DNA of 39,674 nucleotides, taken from Octopus bimaculoides. Its lineage: Eukaryota. Under the pieces are notes generated by a model. It did not search any database, was not told the DNA's origin, and was given only the letters and a program-made list of their open reading frames with translations. Every line of letters starts with the position of its first letter. Position 1 is the stretch's first letter. A program made the position numbers and the translations under genes. The DNA is taken from assembly GCF_001194135.2 (NCBI RefSeq), contig NC_068993.1, forward strand, positions 28,701,017-28,740,690. The letters run 5' to 3'. Of this stretch, positions 1-11,170 are shown one piece after another.

Positions 1-616
1 CTAGAAATAGAGGTAACTTGAATGTGGAGCCTAAAAACAGAAACAATTCCTATCATAGTAAATGCATTAGGTATGACAAAAAAAAAACATTCAGACAAAT
101 ACATAACAAAAACACCAGGACTTACAAGTATATAGTGTGGTGTGTGCGTACGAGCAGATGTAATCGCCTTACCTCGGTTTTCCTTTCCTCGACTGCGAGT
201 CCGTCTTGCGGTATCCGATCCTTGAAGCTTGCCCCGACCCAAGGTACACCAGGTATAGCAGCTGCTTCTCCCAAACCTAGACCGTCGCTTAACGCGTCTT
301 GTCCTGACCGCAGCCCCGTTCGAAAAGGGCACGAACGCCGATCGAGGCTCCCTCTGCCCTGTTTCCCCTTCCGGTCGACTCGCCCTTCCGGTCAGCCTCC
401 CCAGACACTGACGTCATACCACATATAGGACATACAGAAAATAGCACTACTAGGCACCGCACACATCCTAATTAAAACACTTTCAATACAGTGAAAATAA
501 GAGCACCACAACAAGCCACAACACATACCCAAAGCACACAGAGCTGTGCTCGGTAGTGCAGTGAAAGCATGTGCTAAAAATAAGACTACCAAATAATAAT
601 AATAATAATAATAATA
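1..616 (+). mobile_element. 3' end of an R4/Dong-like (RLE-type) non-LTR retrotransposon, interrupted by a 288-bp insertion, ending in an (AAT)n tail
   Basis: Frame 1 reads LEIEVT*MWSLKTETIPIIVNALGMTKKKHSDKYITKTPGLTSI. After removing 136-428 it continues in frame as DIQKIALLGTAHILIKTLSIQ* (stop 492-494). This matches the RLE C-termini at 26335-26613 and 27330-27480. (AAT)n lies at about 592-616. Confidence 0.85.
136..423. mobile_element. Probable solo LTR (TG...CA, 288 bp) with 5-bp target-site duplication
   Basis: Starts TGTGGT and ends ACCACA (inverted termini). Flanked by TATAG at 131-135 and 424-428. GC- and CpG-rich, unlike its surroundings. Confidence 0.8.
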
Positions 617-639
617 AACAAAACTAGCAACATTTACAA

Positions 640-984
640 GACAATATGCTACTGACCAGACTGGTGGTAGGTATCATAACAATAAAGAGACAGACTCAGA
701 GAGATTTGAAGAGAGGAAGCCATAGAAAAATATCAAATTGCTAAAAAAAGTTTCTAAATGCCTACTATACATAACAAAAAGACAGTCAGAAAAGAAGATT
801 GAACATGTTTTACAGCATGAAGATCAGGGGTATAATGTGTACTTCATTGCTAGACAGTGTGCTACAGAAAATCGAGATGTTGTTGGAGAGAAATGTGTGC
901 AGAATGATAATGACATCATTGTTCTCATTAACACTGATAAGAAAGAGGCATAGAAGTGCTACTGTCAGAGGCTGCTGAATGTGA

Positions 985-1040
<56 letters not shown>

Positions 1041-2300
1041 TGTCTGAGAGAGAGAGGGGGGAGAGGACCCAATGTAGAACCAATAGAGGGACCAGTCAAT
1101 GAAGTTTCAGCAGTATGATAGATAGAGCAATAAAGCACATGAAAGTAGGGAAAACAGGTGGACAGTCAAGGACAGTAACAGAGATGCTTAAAATATGTAG
1201 CAAAGTAGGGTACTAGTTTGTCATTTAAGTAAATTAAGTAATACTGGAAGGTGCCATATTCATTGACTGATATTTCAGTATCATAGAGTAAGCAAGATGC
1301 ACTTGAGGGAGGTAAGAACAGAGGCATCAAACTGTTAGACTAGGTTACGAAAGTTACTGCTCAGTTTTTCCTCGAATGAAGCACTGCTGTTGCTCTACTC
1401 TTTGTGAGACAACTGCAAGAGAAATACATGGTTAAGGAATATGCTCTATACCTAACATTCACTAATCTGGAGAAGGCCTTTGACAAAGACCTATGTACTG
1501 TGATTCGGTGGTCATTAGGGAAATTAAAAATAGATGAAAGGTCTGTGAGAAATGTATGAAGGGTAACAAAATGGCAATCAACAATGAGTTCAGTGGTGAA
1601 TTTTGTGTGCAGGCCATGGGTACATTAGGGTTTAAGTCTCATTCTTTTCTTATTTATTATAGTTTTCCAAGCAACAAGCACACTGGTTTTGGGAACTGGT
1701 GCATGCTAACAACTCACCAATTATAGCAGAATCAGTAGAAGAGTTAAAACTGAAATTCCAGACATGGTGGCAAAATCTGAAATTAAGGGCCTTAAAGTAA
1801 CCAAAGCAGGAACAAAAGTTTAAATACAGAAGAAAAAAGCAGGACCCTTAATGACCATACTCTGCCTGCAGAAATGGAATCAGTAAAAATTTTATAAGAT
1901 GAGTCCAATGTAATCAAATCAGTGGACATACAAAGGATAACAGAGAAGACAGCTTTCAGATGCAGCAAATGCCCTGTAGCAGTAAGTACTAAGAGTGCTC
2001 TTGAAATAAATTTTCTCAAATACCCAAATGTCTCGCTTTAAGTGGTTAGTAGCTTTTGCTATCTAGGTAACTAAATTAGCTGTGACAGGAAGATGTTCCA
2101 AAAGTATGATGACTAGAATAAAAACTATATTGGAGAAAGTTCTGCTGGCCATTAGGGCTTATCCCTCAAGATTAAAAGCAGATTGTATGATGCTTACATA
2201 TGAAGTGCATTGCTGCACAGTAGTGAGATGTGGGCCTTAGGGCAGAAGATATGCAAAGTCTTGAAAAAAGTTAGATGAGCATGCTTTACTGGATATACCA
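640..2300 (+). mobile_element. Heavily decayed RTE-clade LINE (linker, RT and cysteine-finger remnants)
   Basis: Remnants include VLQHEDQ..FIARQCATENRDVVGEKCV (about 800-910), VRQLQEKY..LYL.F..LEKAFD (about 1400-1485) and SFCYLG (about 2050). All are collinear with the copy at 7480-10690. Confidence 0.8.
989..1066. repeat. (TG)n/(AG)n microsatellite inside the LINE remnant
   Basis: Directly visible dinucleotide runs. Confidence 0.95.
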
Positions 2301-2479
2301 TGTTAGTATATATGTATTTCTAAATACTTTAATTAGCTTTATGAAAGTTCAGGCTGAAAAGAAGCCAGGTGTGTCTAGTAAACTGCACATCTGTAGTTTT
2401 CTGACATTAGGGAGATTGAAGTTTCCTAAAAGAAGTGTGTGAAGGCTGTCATCAAGGTTTGTTAATACTTTTTACATCT

Positions 2480-3010
2480 TTTTTAGGTTCTCTACAGAAT
2501 TTCCAGTTGTCATCAATACTACAACTATTTAAATCTTTCTCCCTAGAGTCAGTCATATGTGTCACTTAGACTTGCTCTAAACTTAATCAAAACTATGGGA
2601 TCTTTTAGTTTTTATATCTTCCCTCATATTGTCTTCTGTTTCCGTGTCTGCCTAGTCCTGACTCTAAAGTCCCTAGCAATTAATCTTTGTTGTGGGTGTA
2701 TTCTTTGCCAGGAAAGGTTTTGGCATTAGCAATAGCCTTTCTATGCCATTTCCAAGTGAGGATGTGATATGAGTTGTGTGTATGCCACATTGGTTGGTAA
2801 TGTGGAGGTTGGCTGGTTTCTTGAAGTGTGTGTTGCAAAGTTTCATCACAGAACACCTTACATCTTCCTCATTTCTTGAACCATATTCATGGCTTCCATG
2901 TATGACATGGAAACCAACAACATGTTGACCAACTTGTCTGATGAAACTAGCAGTCATGAGAATAAAGTTTCTGCAAATGGGCCTCATAAGAGGCTTGTTT
3001 CAGTAAAATG
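2480..3010 (-). mobile_element. RTE LINE apurinic-endonuclease fragment
   Basis: The minus strand gives GFHVIHGSHEYGSRNEE and frameshifted equivalents of the AKTFPGEEC and WKLKDP motifs seen at 7900-8260. Confidence 0.7.
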
Positions 3011-3222
3011 CATAATTATCTGCTTCCTGACAATAAAAACTTAAAATATAGTTCATTCACTGCTAAACAATAGTTTATCCCCTTGTCTGTCTTCTGCCTT
3101 TGACCTCTCCTTTTCTTTTTTTTCTTTTTTTTTTTTGCATGTATGTGTTTTGCACATTCTTTCACTCACATATTCTTAATTCTATGTCTATAAATAAACT
3201 CGTACATAGACACATACATCTG

Positions 3223-3225
<3 letters not shown>

Positions 3226-3272
<47 letters not shown>
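3226..3272. repeat. (CA)n(TA)n microsatellite at the LINE 5' truncation point
   Basis: Directly visible. Confidence 0.95.
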
Positions 3273-3274
<2 letters not shown>

Positions 3275-5314
3275 ATCAGATAGAGATGAGATGCAGTTTG
3301 GGTTCGTGCCAGATAAAAGCACCACTGATGCCATATTTCTAGTAAGACAGCTGCAGGAGAAATACCTAGCCAAGGATAAGCCTCTGTACTTGGCTTTCGT
3401 TGACATGGAGAAAGCCTTTGACAGGGTCCCCCGATCCCTTATCTGGTGGTCAATGAGGAAACTTGGGATAGAAGAATGGTTAGTGAGAGCTGTGCGAGCC
3501 ATGTACAGAGATGCTGTCAGTAAGGTGAGGGTTGGAAATGAGTACAGTAATGAATTACGGGTAGAGGTAGAGGTCCACCAAGGTNNNNNNNNNNTATCAG
3601 AACTAGAGGAGAAGTTTCATGTGTGGAAGCAAGGACAAGAATCGAAGGGCCTTAGAGTCAACCTAGCTAAAACCAAAATCCTAATAAGTAGGAAGGTAGA
3701 TAAAACACAAACCTCTTCAGGTAGATGGCCCTGCTCAGTATGTAGAAAAGGAGTAGGTAGTAACTCTATAAGATGTACCCGGTACAAGCTATGGACACAT
3801 AAGAGGTGCAACAATATCAAAGGCAGGTTAACTAGGAAGTTAGTTTTTGTATGTGGCAGATGTTCAGGCACAATAAACACTGTAAACAAACAGGAAACAA
3901 CTTCTGCCTCATTCCAGGGAGAAAAACTAGAGGTAGTTGACAGCTTCCGCTATCTGGGTGACCAAGTTAGTAGTGGGGGTGGGTGCGCTGAAAGTGTAGC
4001 TGCTAGAATAAGAATAGCCTGGGCAAAGTTCAGAGAGCTCTTACCTCTGCTGGCGACAAAGGGACTCTCACTCAGAGTAAAAGGTAGACTGTATGATGCA
4101 TGTGTACGAACAGCCATGCTACATGGCAGTGAAACATGGGCTGTGACTGCTGAGGACATGCGTAAGCTCGCAAGGAATGAAGCCGGTGTGCTCCGCTGGG
4201 TGTGTAATGTCAGTGTGCATACCCGACAGAGTGTAAGTATCTTGAACATTAGAAGCATCAGTTGTGGCGTGCAAGAGAGACGATTGCACTGGTATGGACA
4301 TGTGGTGAGAATGGATGAGGATAGCTGTGTGAAAAAGTGCCATACCCTAACAGTTGAGGGAACCCGTGGAAGAGGTAGGCCCAGGAAGACCTGGGCTGAG
4401 GTGGTGAGGCAAGACCTTCGAACATTGGGCCTCACCGAGGCGATGACTACTGACCAAGACCTTTGGAAATGTGCTGTGCGTGAGAAGACCTGGCAAGCCA
4501 AGTGAGACCTAAATCCAAGGCCTCTGCCAGGGGTGTAGCCAGCCCACTTATGCGTACCTTTCCTACATTGGACACTAAACTCCGTTTGCGAAGACTTNNN
4601 NNNNNNNNNNNNNNNNNNNNNNNNNNNNNNNNNNNNNNNNNNNNNNNNNNNNNNNNNNNNNNNNNNNNNNNNNNNNNNNNNNNNNNNNNNNNNNNNNNNN
4701 NNNNNNNNNNNNNNNNNNNNNNNNNNNNNNNNNNNNNNNNNNNNNNNNNNNNNNNNNNNNNNNNNNNNNNNNNNNNNNNNNNNNNNNNNNNNNNNNNNNN
4801 NNNNNNNNNNNNNNNNNNNNNNNNNNNNNNNNNNNNNNNNNNNNNNNNNNNNNNNNNNNNNNNNNNNNNNNNNNNNNNNNNNNNNNNNNNNNNNNNNNNN
4901 NNNNNNNNNNNNNNNNNNNNNNNNNNNNNNNNNNNCTCGTGCGGGTGGCACATAAAATACACCATTTTGAGCGTGGCCTTTGCCAGTACCGCCTGACTGG
5001 CCTTCGTAGGATTTTCGAGCGAGATCATTGCCAGTGCCCCTGGACTGGCTCTTGTGCGGGTGGCACATAAAATACACCATTTTGAGCGTGGCCATTTCTA
5101 GTAGTGCCTGACTGGCCTTCGTGCGAGTGGCACGTAAAAGCACCCACTACACTCTCTGAGTGGTTGGCGTTAGGAAGGGCATTCAGCTCTAGAAACTCTG
5201 CCAAATCAGATTGGAGCCTGGTGTTGCCATCCGGTTTCACCAGTCCTCAGTCAAATCGTCCAACCCATGCTAGCATGGAAAGCAGACGTTAAACGATGAT
5301 GATGATGATGATGA
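3272..5314 (+). mobile_element. 5'-truncated, relatively young RTE-clade LINE with modular 3' UTR and (GAT)n tail
   Basis: RT ORF 3291-4505, then a 3' UTR (gap 4598-4935) with repeated GGTGGCAC(A/G)TAAAA modules. Conserved tail ...GCTAGCATGGAAAGCAGACGTTAAAC(GAT)n ends at about 5314. Confidence 0.92.
3291..4505 (+). pseudogene. RTE reverse transcriptase, C-terminal two-thirds, with PHD-like C4HC3 finger
   Basis: QFGFVPDKSTTDAIF, FVDMEKAFD, SFRYLGD, HGSETW, RLHWYGHVVR and GRGRPRKTW motifs. The YADD region falls in the 10-N gap at 3585-3594, so frame continuity there is unverified. Confidence 0.9.
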
Positions 5315-5749
5315 AGGGAGAATAACTCCCTGTACAGAACAATGAATTAGCACTCTAATTAATAGAGCAATATGGAATATAAAGATTAATGAGAACAGAT
5401 TGCAGGAGTTATAATTCATTATGTCAGAATATTTCTCAACATCAGAATACTTCATAAAAATATATGTGAATAGGAACTTGATGATACAATATAAAATGTA
5501 GAATATAAAATATAAAACATAAATCTACTAGCATGACATTGTATGAAATTGTATGTCCGTGTTAGGAATTGATGAGAAAATTATTATGCATGCATGGTCA
5601 ATATTGCATTAGTCGAAATCATCAAATGGATGGCTCAGGATGACTTTAAGAGGAATCAATGGATAAATTCAGTAAAGGTTTCAAATTCTTACAGCTGTTT
5701 CAAGAACATGTGGTATGAAATAGGTGAACCATTTCCATCCATCTCAGTT

Positions 5750-6563
5750 ATCCACATTTGTTGTTTATACTTCATAGATTTATATCTCAGTTTTTCAGTT
5801 GTAGATGTGAGTTGTTGTTTCAGCTGGTGCAGTTTAGAGTTCTGATTTTTGAATCCTGTATCACCAAATCACCTCTCCAGTTTTTTCTGACGTCTTCTTG
5901 ATGTTGTGTGAAGTTGTTCTCTCTGTTATATTTCATAACTACAACGATCTGTGAGATACCTCTTTGCAGGAATAAAATTTCATTTTTTAATATAATTTTA
6001 TCTCCCATGTACTTTCGTTAAGATAATTACTCGCTTCTCAGTCTGTTTAATTTCATTATTATTAGTGTTATTTTCATCCCTCGTACCATGTCCCCAAACC
6101 AAACTTGCTTCCATTTGCAGCTTATCTATTTAAAAATCTTTGTCTCATGTGTTTCACTTCCATTCCATTCCTTTGACATCCAATGATGCATTGCTAAAGC
6201 TAAGATTTTCTCATTTTTTCGATCTTTCGTACATTCATTCGCCATTAATACTTACTAACAGCTAGTTTTCATGAGCTAACCATTGAAAATGTCCTCTCAA
6301 AATATAATTTTGTCTCTCACGTAATTTCATTAAGATAATTACTCGTTTCTTGGTCTATTTAATTTCATTATTATTACCATTATTTTCGTCCCTCTTACTA
6401 TGTCCCCTAACTAAACGTTGTTCCCTAACCTTTGAAAATGTCCCCTCAAAATATAATTTTATCTCTCATGTACTTTCGTTAAGATAATTACTCACTTCTC
6501 GGCCTGTTTAATTTCATTATTATTACCATTATTTTCATCCCTCTTACTATGTCCCCTAACTAG
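5750..6563 (-). mobile_element. Tentative R4/Dong-like LINE N-terminal (pre-RT) region with internal triplication
   Basis: Minus-strand frames give WEIKL..EILFLQRGISQI and RRQKKLER*FG..LHQLKQQLTSTTEKLRYKSMKYKQQ. These resemble, by eye, the basic coiled region that precedes RT in R4-clade ORFs. Confidence 0.45.
5989..6563. repeat. Three copies of a 110-150-bp unit (copies at about 5989, 6283, 6432)
   Basis: A core close to TACTTTCGTTAAGATAATTACTCGCTTCTC...TTTAATTTCATTATTATTA...TATTTTCATCCCTC...ATGTCCCC occurs three times. Period between copies 2 and 3 is about 149 nt. Confidence 0.9.
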
Positions 6564-6669
6564 ACTTTGTTTGTGGTGTGCCCGTCCTTTCCCGCCCCAC
6601 CACCAATACCGGATATCTCTATCTTCCTACCATCTACACCGGATATCTCTCTCCTCCTACCCCCATTAC

Positions 6670-7250
6670 CTGATGTCTATTCTCCCAACCCCTCCTCCTC
6701 ACTGGGCTGTTCTCTATATATTACCTACACTTTCTCTTTCTCCTGGGACAAATGCAACTAGCCCAACTACCCACTCACCTACTTAACTGGCTATCTTTCG
6801 TTCTGTCTAGAAATTTGTCACCACCATTACAAGATGTCTCTTCTCTTAATTCCCCCTCCTCACTGGTGCGGTTCCCTATATTACCTGCACTCTCTCTTTC
6901 TCTCTATCTCTCTACTGGGACAAATGCAACCAGGTTATCTGCCCACCTACTTAACCGGCTATCTTTTGTTTCATTTTCATTCCATCTAGAAACATGCCAA
7001 TAACTACAAAGGAATTTTCCTTGGCCTTATCAAGTGAAAGAGAAAGTTATCCGGCTGCCCTGTGTGCTTGTTCCTGTGTGTGGGTGCACTTGTGTGTATG
7101 TAGGGTTGAGCTTGTTTCCTCTCTCTCTATCTGAACCCTCCCCTGCTGGTGATACCCTCCATCATACCTGCAATCCCCCTCTTCCTGGACAAATGCAACC
7201 AGTTTAAGCTGACTCCCTACCTAATCTAACATTGGAATATCCATATTTTG
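6670..7250 (+). repeat. Three degenerate monomers (CCTCCTCACTGG ... GGACAAATGCAAC ... CCTAC) upstream of the RTE ORF, possible LINE 5' UTR
   Basis: GGACAAATGCAAC at about 6746, 6918 and 7187, each preceded by a related pyrimidine-rich block. Confidence 0.7.
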
Positions 7251-7479
7251 CTTCACCACTTAAATTTACATTATTCGATGACCATAATGCTTATGCTTAC
7301 AACGCCGCTAACACCTGCTCCTACCTCCAGTAGGGACAACAATCTTAACACACTTGAATGTTTGAATGCTGTCAGGTGAGAAGTGAGAACAGGTGAAGTA
7401 TACCTAAAAAACAAACACGACAACCTCCCTCTTCTTTTCAGGCACTGAATAACATCTCTTCTCCTCAAGCCTCACCCCA

Positions 7480-10400
7480 CACCCCACATTCACTAAAAGG
7501 TAGGTCTAGTGAGATTGTAGAGATGCCTGAAAGGAGACGGGTTGATGTATGCTGCATAAAAGAGGTAAGATGGAGAGGAGCTTCAGCCAGGGTCCTCACA
7601 TGCAAAGCATATAGGTATAAAGTCTCCTGGCAAGGTAACATGGATGGAGTTGGGGTGTAAACATACTCCTTGTGGAGAAATAAGGTGGATAAGGTCATAG
7701 AGGCTGTCAGGGTATGTGACAGAGTGCTTAAGCTTGGGCTAGTCCTGCAGAATAGCATAGCTACAATTATCTCTGCCTACGCCCCACAAGCAGGGATACC
7801 AAATGATCAGAAGGACCATTTTTATGTTACCCTTCTACAGGATACCTCAAAGATAAGTGGCAATGACCTCATCTTTGTGGCTGGAGATTTTAATGGGCAT
7901 GTTGGATGGCAATCCGGTATCTTCACTGGTGTGCACGGCGGCCATGGTATTGGTTTCTGGAATGATGAGAGAACTAGGCTACTGAAGATCTGTGATGCAT
8001 GTAACCTTTTAATCTGCAACACTAAGTTCAGGAAGCAAGACAGCCACCCGATAACCTATCAATCAGGGGACTCTGCTAGCCAGATTGATTTCATCCTCAC
8101 CAGACAGCAGGGCGCAGGGTTGCTCTTAAATACAAAGACCCTCCCAGGTGAGGAATGCACCCCGCCTCCATCATAGTCATTAGTGACTTTCGACTCGAGA
8201 CCAGGAGGATGCCAAGAAGCAGGCCAATCCAGAAGAGAAGGATTTGGAAGCTAATGAACCCTTCACATGGTCAGAGATTTAGGGACATCCTCATCAAGAA
8301 GTTTGATGTGAGGGAGGAGGAACTACAGTCCTCAGACATAGAAGGTAGCTGGAAATTCTTACGTGACAGCTTACTGATTGCCACAGACCAAGTCTGCGGA
8401 TGGTGCAAAGTCCCTTCCAGACCTAGAGTAACATGGTGGTGGAATAATACGGTAGACAAAGCCATCAGAGCAAAGAAACAAGTCTGGAAAGCCTGGAAGT
8501 GTGGGGGTAGCAGGGAACCGTACCAGATAGCCAAAAGGGAGGCTGGGCAACAGGTATACATAGCCAAGGGTGAAGCAGGAAAGAAGCTTGTCAATGTCCA
8601 GTGCCGTGAGGACCAAAGAACTGAAGGCGGTGAGCTGGCAGAAATGTTAGCATGCCGGGCGAAATGCTTAGTGGTATTTCGTCTGCTGTTACGTTCTGAG
8701 TTCAAATTCCATCGAGGAATTTTGGGGTCGATAAATTAAGTATCAGTTATACACTGGGGTCGACTTAATCCCTTTGTCAGTCCTTGTTTGTTCCCTCTAT
8801 GTTTAGCCCCTAGTGGGCAATAAAGAAATAAAGAACTGAAGTATTCCAGATTGCAAGACAGTGTGTGAGAAAAAATTGTGATGTCGCAGTAGAGAAATGT
8901 GTCTGCATGGATGATGGTGCACTTGCTTTTAATGATTCGGAAAAGTAAAAGGTTTGGAGGGGGCCATTATGAAAGACTGGTGAACATAGAGAATGAATGG
9001 GAGAAGAGGAGCTTCCAAATGTTGATCCAGTAGAGGGACCAGCTATCCGAAAAGACAGCACTCTGGTAGATAAAGCAATTAAGGATATGAAGCCAGGAAA
9101 ATCCCCCGGCCCATCAGGAATCACCATTGAGATGCTTAAAACATCTGGTGGTGTGGGTTATGGCCTAGTCACTCATATTGTAAACCAAATAGTTCATGAT
9201 GGAGTCATACCCAATGATTGGTATAGCAGCACCATAGTCAACTGCTACAAAGGTAAAGGTGATGCTTAAGATAGAAAAACTACAGGGGTATCAAACTCCT
9301 GGATCAAGGGATGAAGGTCACAGTGAGGGTCATAGCCCAACTAATTAGGGAGAGAGTCTGCTTAGATGAGATGCAGTTCAGTTTTGTGCCTGGTAGAAGC
9401 ACCACTAATGCTATATTCCTGGAATGGCAACTGCAGGAGAAATACCTACCCAAAGATAAGCCCCTATATTTGGCTTTTGTGAACTTGAAGAAAGCCTTTG
9501 ACAGGGTCCTCCGATCCCTTATCTGGTGAGCAATGCAGAAACTGGGGATTGACGAACGGTTAATAAGGGCTGTACAGGCCCTATACAGAGATGCCGTTAG
9601 TAAGGTTAGGATTGGAAATGAGTATAGTGAAGAATTCCAGGTAGAAGTAGGGGTCCACCAAGGATCAGCCCTCACCCCACTCTTTTTCATCATAGGCCTC
9701 CAGGCAATAACAGAGGAATTCAAGACAGGTTGCCCCTGAGAACTCCTTTATGCTGATGACCTGGCTCTCATAGCAGAATCCCTGCCAGAACTAGAGAAGA
9801 AATTTCAGGTGTGCAAGCAAGGTTTAGAAATGAAGGGTCTTAGAGTCAATGTTGCAAAGACCAAAGTTTTAGTAAGTAGGAAGGCAAGCACATCATACAT
9901 TCCTTCAGATAGGTGGCCCTGCTCAATCTGTAGAAAAGGTGTAGGCAGAAACTCCATAAGATGTACTCAGTATAAGCTATGGACACATAAGAGGTGCAAC
10001 AACATCAAAGGAAGATTAACCGGGAAGATAGCTTTCCTGTGCAGCAGATGCACAGGGGCAATAAACACCACAGATGCTCAGAAAACAGACTCCATCACAT
10101 GCCAGGCAGAGAAACTAGAAGTAGTTCGTAGCTTCTGCTACCTAGGTGACCATGTCTATAGTGGGGGTGGATGCTCAGAGAGTGTTACCACTAGAATAAG
10201 AATAGCCTGGACAAAGTTCAGAAAGCTTCTACCCCTACTGGTGACAAAGGGCCTCTTGCACAAAGTGAAAGATAGATTGTACGAGGCATGTATGCAAACT
10301 GCAGTGAAACATGGCCCGTGGCTGCTGAAGATATGCATAAGCTCGAAAGAAATGAAGTTAGCATGATCCGCTGGATGTGTAATGTCAGTGTGCACACATG

Positions 10401-11170
10401 ACAGAGTGTAACCGCCCTGAGAGAAATGTTAGACATAAGAAGCATTGGATGTGGTGTGCAAGAGAGACGTTTGTGTTGGTATGGTCATGTACTGTGGCTG
10501 GACAAGGAGAGCTGTGTGAAGAATTGCCACTCCCAAACAGTGGAAGGAGTCCAGAGTAGAGGGAGACCTAGGAAGACATGAGATGAGGTGGTGAAGCATG
10601 ACCTTCGAACATTGGGCCTCACAGAGGCAATGACAAAAGACCAAGACCTCTGGAGGTATGCTGTGAGTGAGAAGACTCAGCAAATAAAGTGAGTCCACAG
10701 CTGTAACCTACACCAGTGTCGCATAACTAGTCCATTCAAAAGTGCCTTGAATCGTAGGGTGACATGCCGTGCTTGAGGAGACTTACTGAGTCAAGTACAT
10801 CAACACCAGCAATATCAAAATCAAATCAAATGGAAATTATAGTTGTGAGCCCCATGCTGGTAGCATGTAAAAAGCACCATCTGAATGTGACCGATGCCAG
10901 TGCCACTTTGACTGGCTTCCATGCTGGTGGCATGTAAAAAGCACCATCTAATCATAGTTGATGCCAGCTCGTCTGGCCCCTGTGCAAGTGGTATGTAAAA
11001 AGCACCTACTACACTCTTGGAGTGGTTAGCATTAGGAAGGGCATCCAGCTGTAGAAACACTGCCAGATCAGATTGGGACCTGGTGCAGCCTCCTGGCTTT
11101 CCAGAATCCAGTCGAACTGTCCAACCCATGCCAGCATAGAAAACGGACGTTAAACGATGATGATGATGAT
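7480..11170 (+). mobile_element. Near full-length RTE-clade LINE (APE endonuclease, RT, PHD-like finger), disabled by stops, frameshifts and a SINE insertion
   Basis: APE motifs (KGRSSEIVEM..RRRVDVCCI.EVRW, ISAYAPQ, VAGDFNGHVG, SQIDFIL). RT motifs (QFSFVPGRSTT, LKKAFD, GVHQGS, YADD at 9749-9760). Cys finger at about 9915-10050. ORF ends at about 10690; 3' UTR and (GAT)n run to 11170. Confidence 0.95.
8626..8829 (+). mobile_element. tRNA-derived SINE (octopus OR-type/MetaSINE-like) inserted in the RTE ORF with 11-bp TSD
   Basis: Head GGCGGTGAGCTGGCAGAA, B-box-like GAGTTCAAATTCC, central GGGGTCGATAAATTAAGTA, A-rich end. AAAGAACTGAA at 8615-8625 and 8830-8840. Removal restores EDQRTEVFQIARQCV. 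The family name is recalled, not searched. Confidence 0.9.

Noticed and set aside
3585-3594. Intact 404-aa RT ORF lacking YADD as a novel RT variant
   Set aside because: The missing stretch of about 40 codons coincides with a 10-N gap, so the continuity and the deletion are assembly-dependent.
5950-6563. Hammerhead-containing satellite in the 150-bp repeats
   Set aside because: The minus strand has CTGAGAA rather than CTGANGA, and the motif is not conserved among the three copies.
6690-6880. HDV-like ribozyme at the RTE 5' end (CTCCTCACTGG resembles the HDV L3 loop)
   Set aside because: I could not find the upstream P3 partner or a P1/P2 nested pseudoknot by eye. An RNArobo or Infernal search of the family consensus would be decisive.
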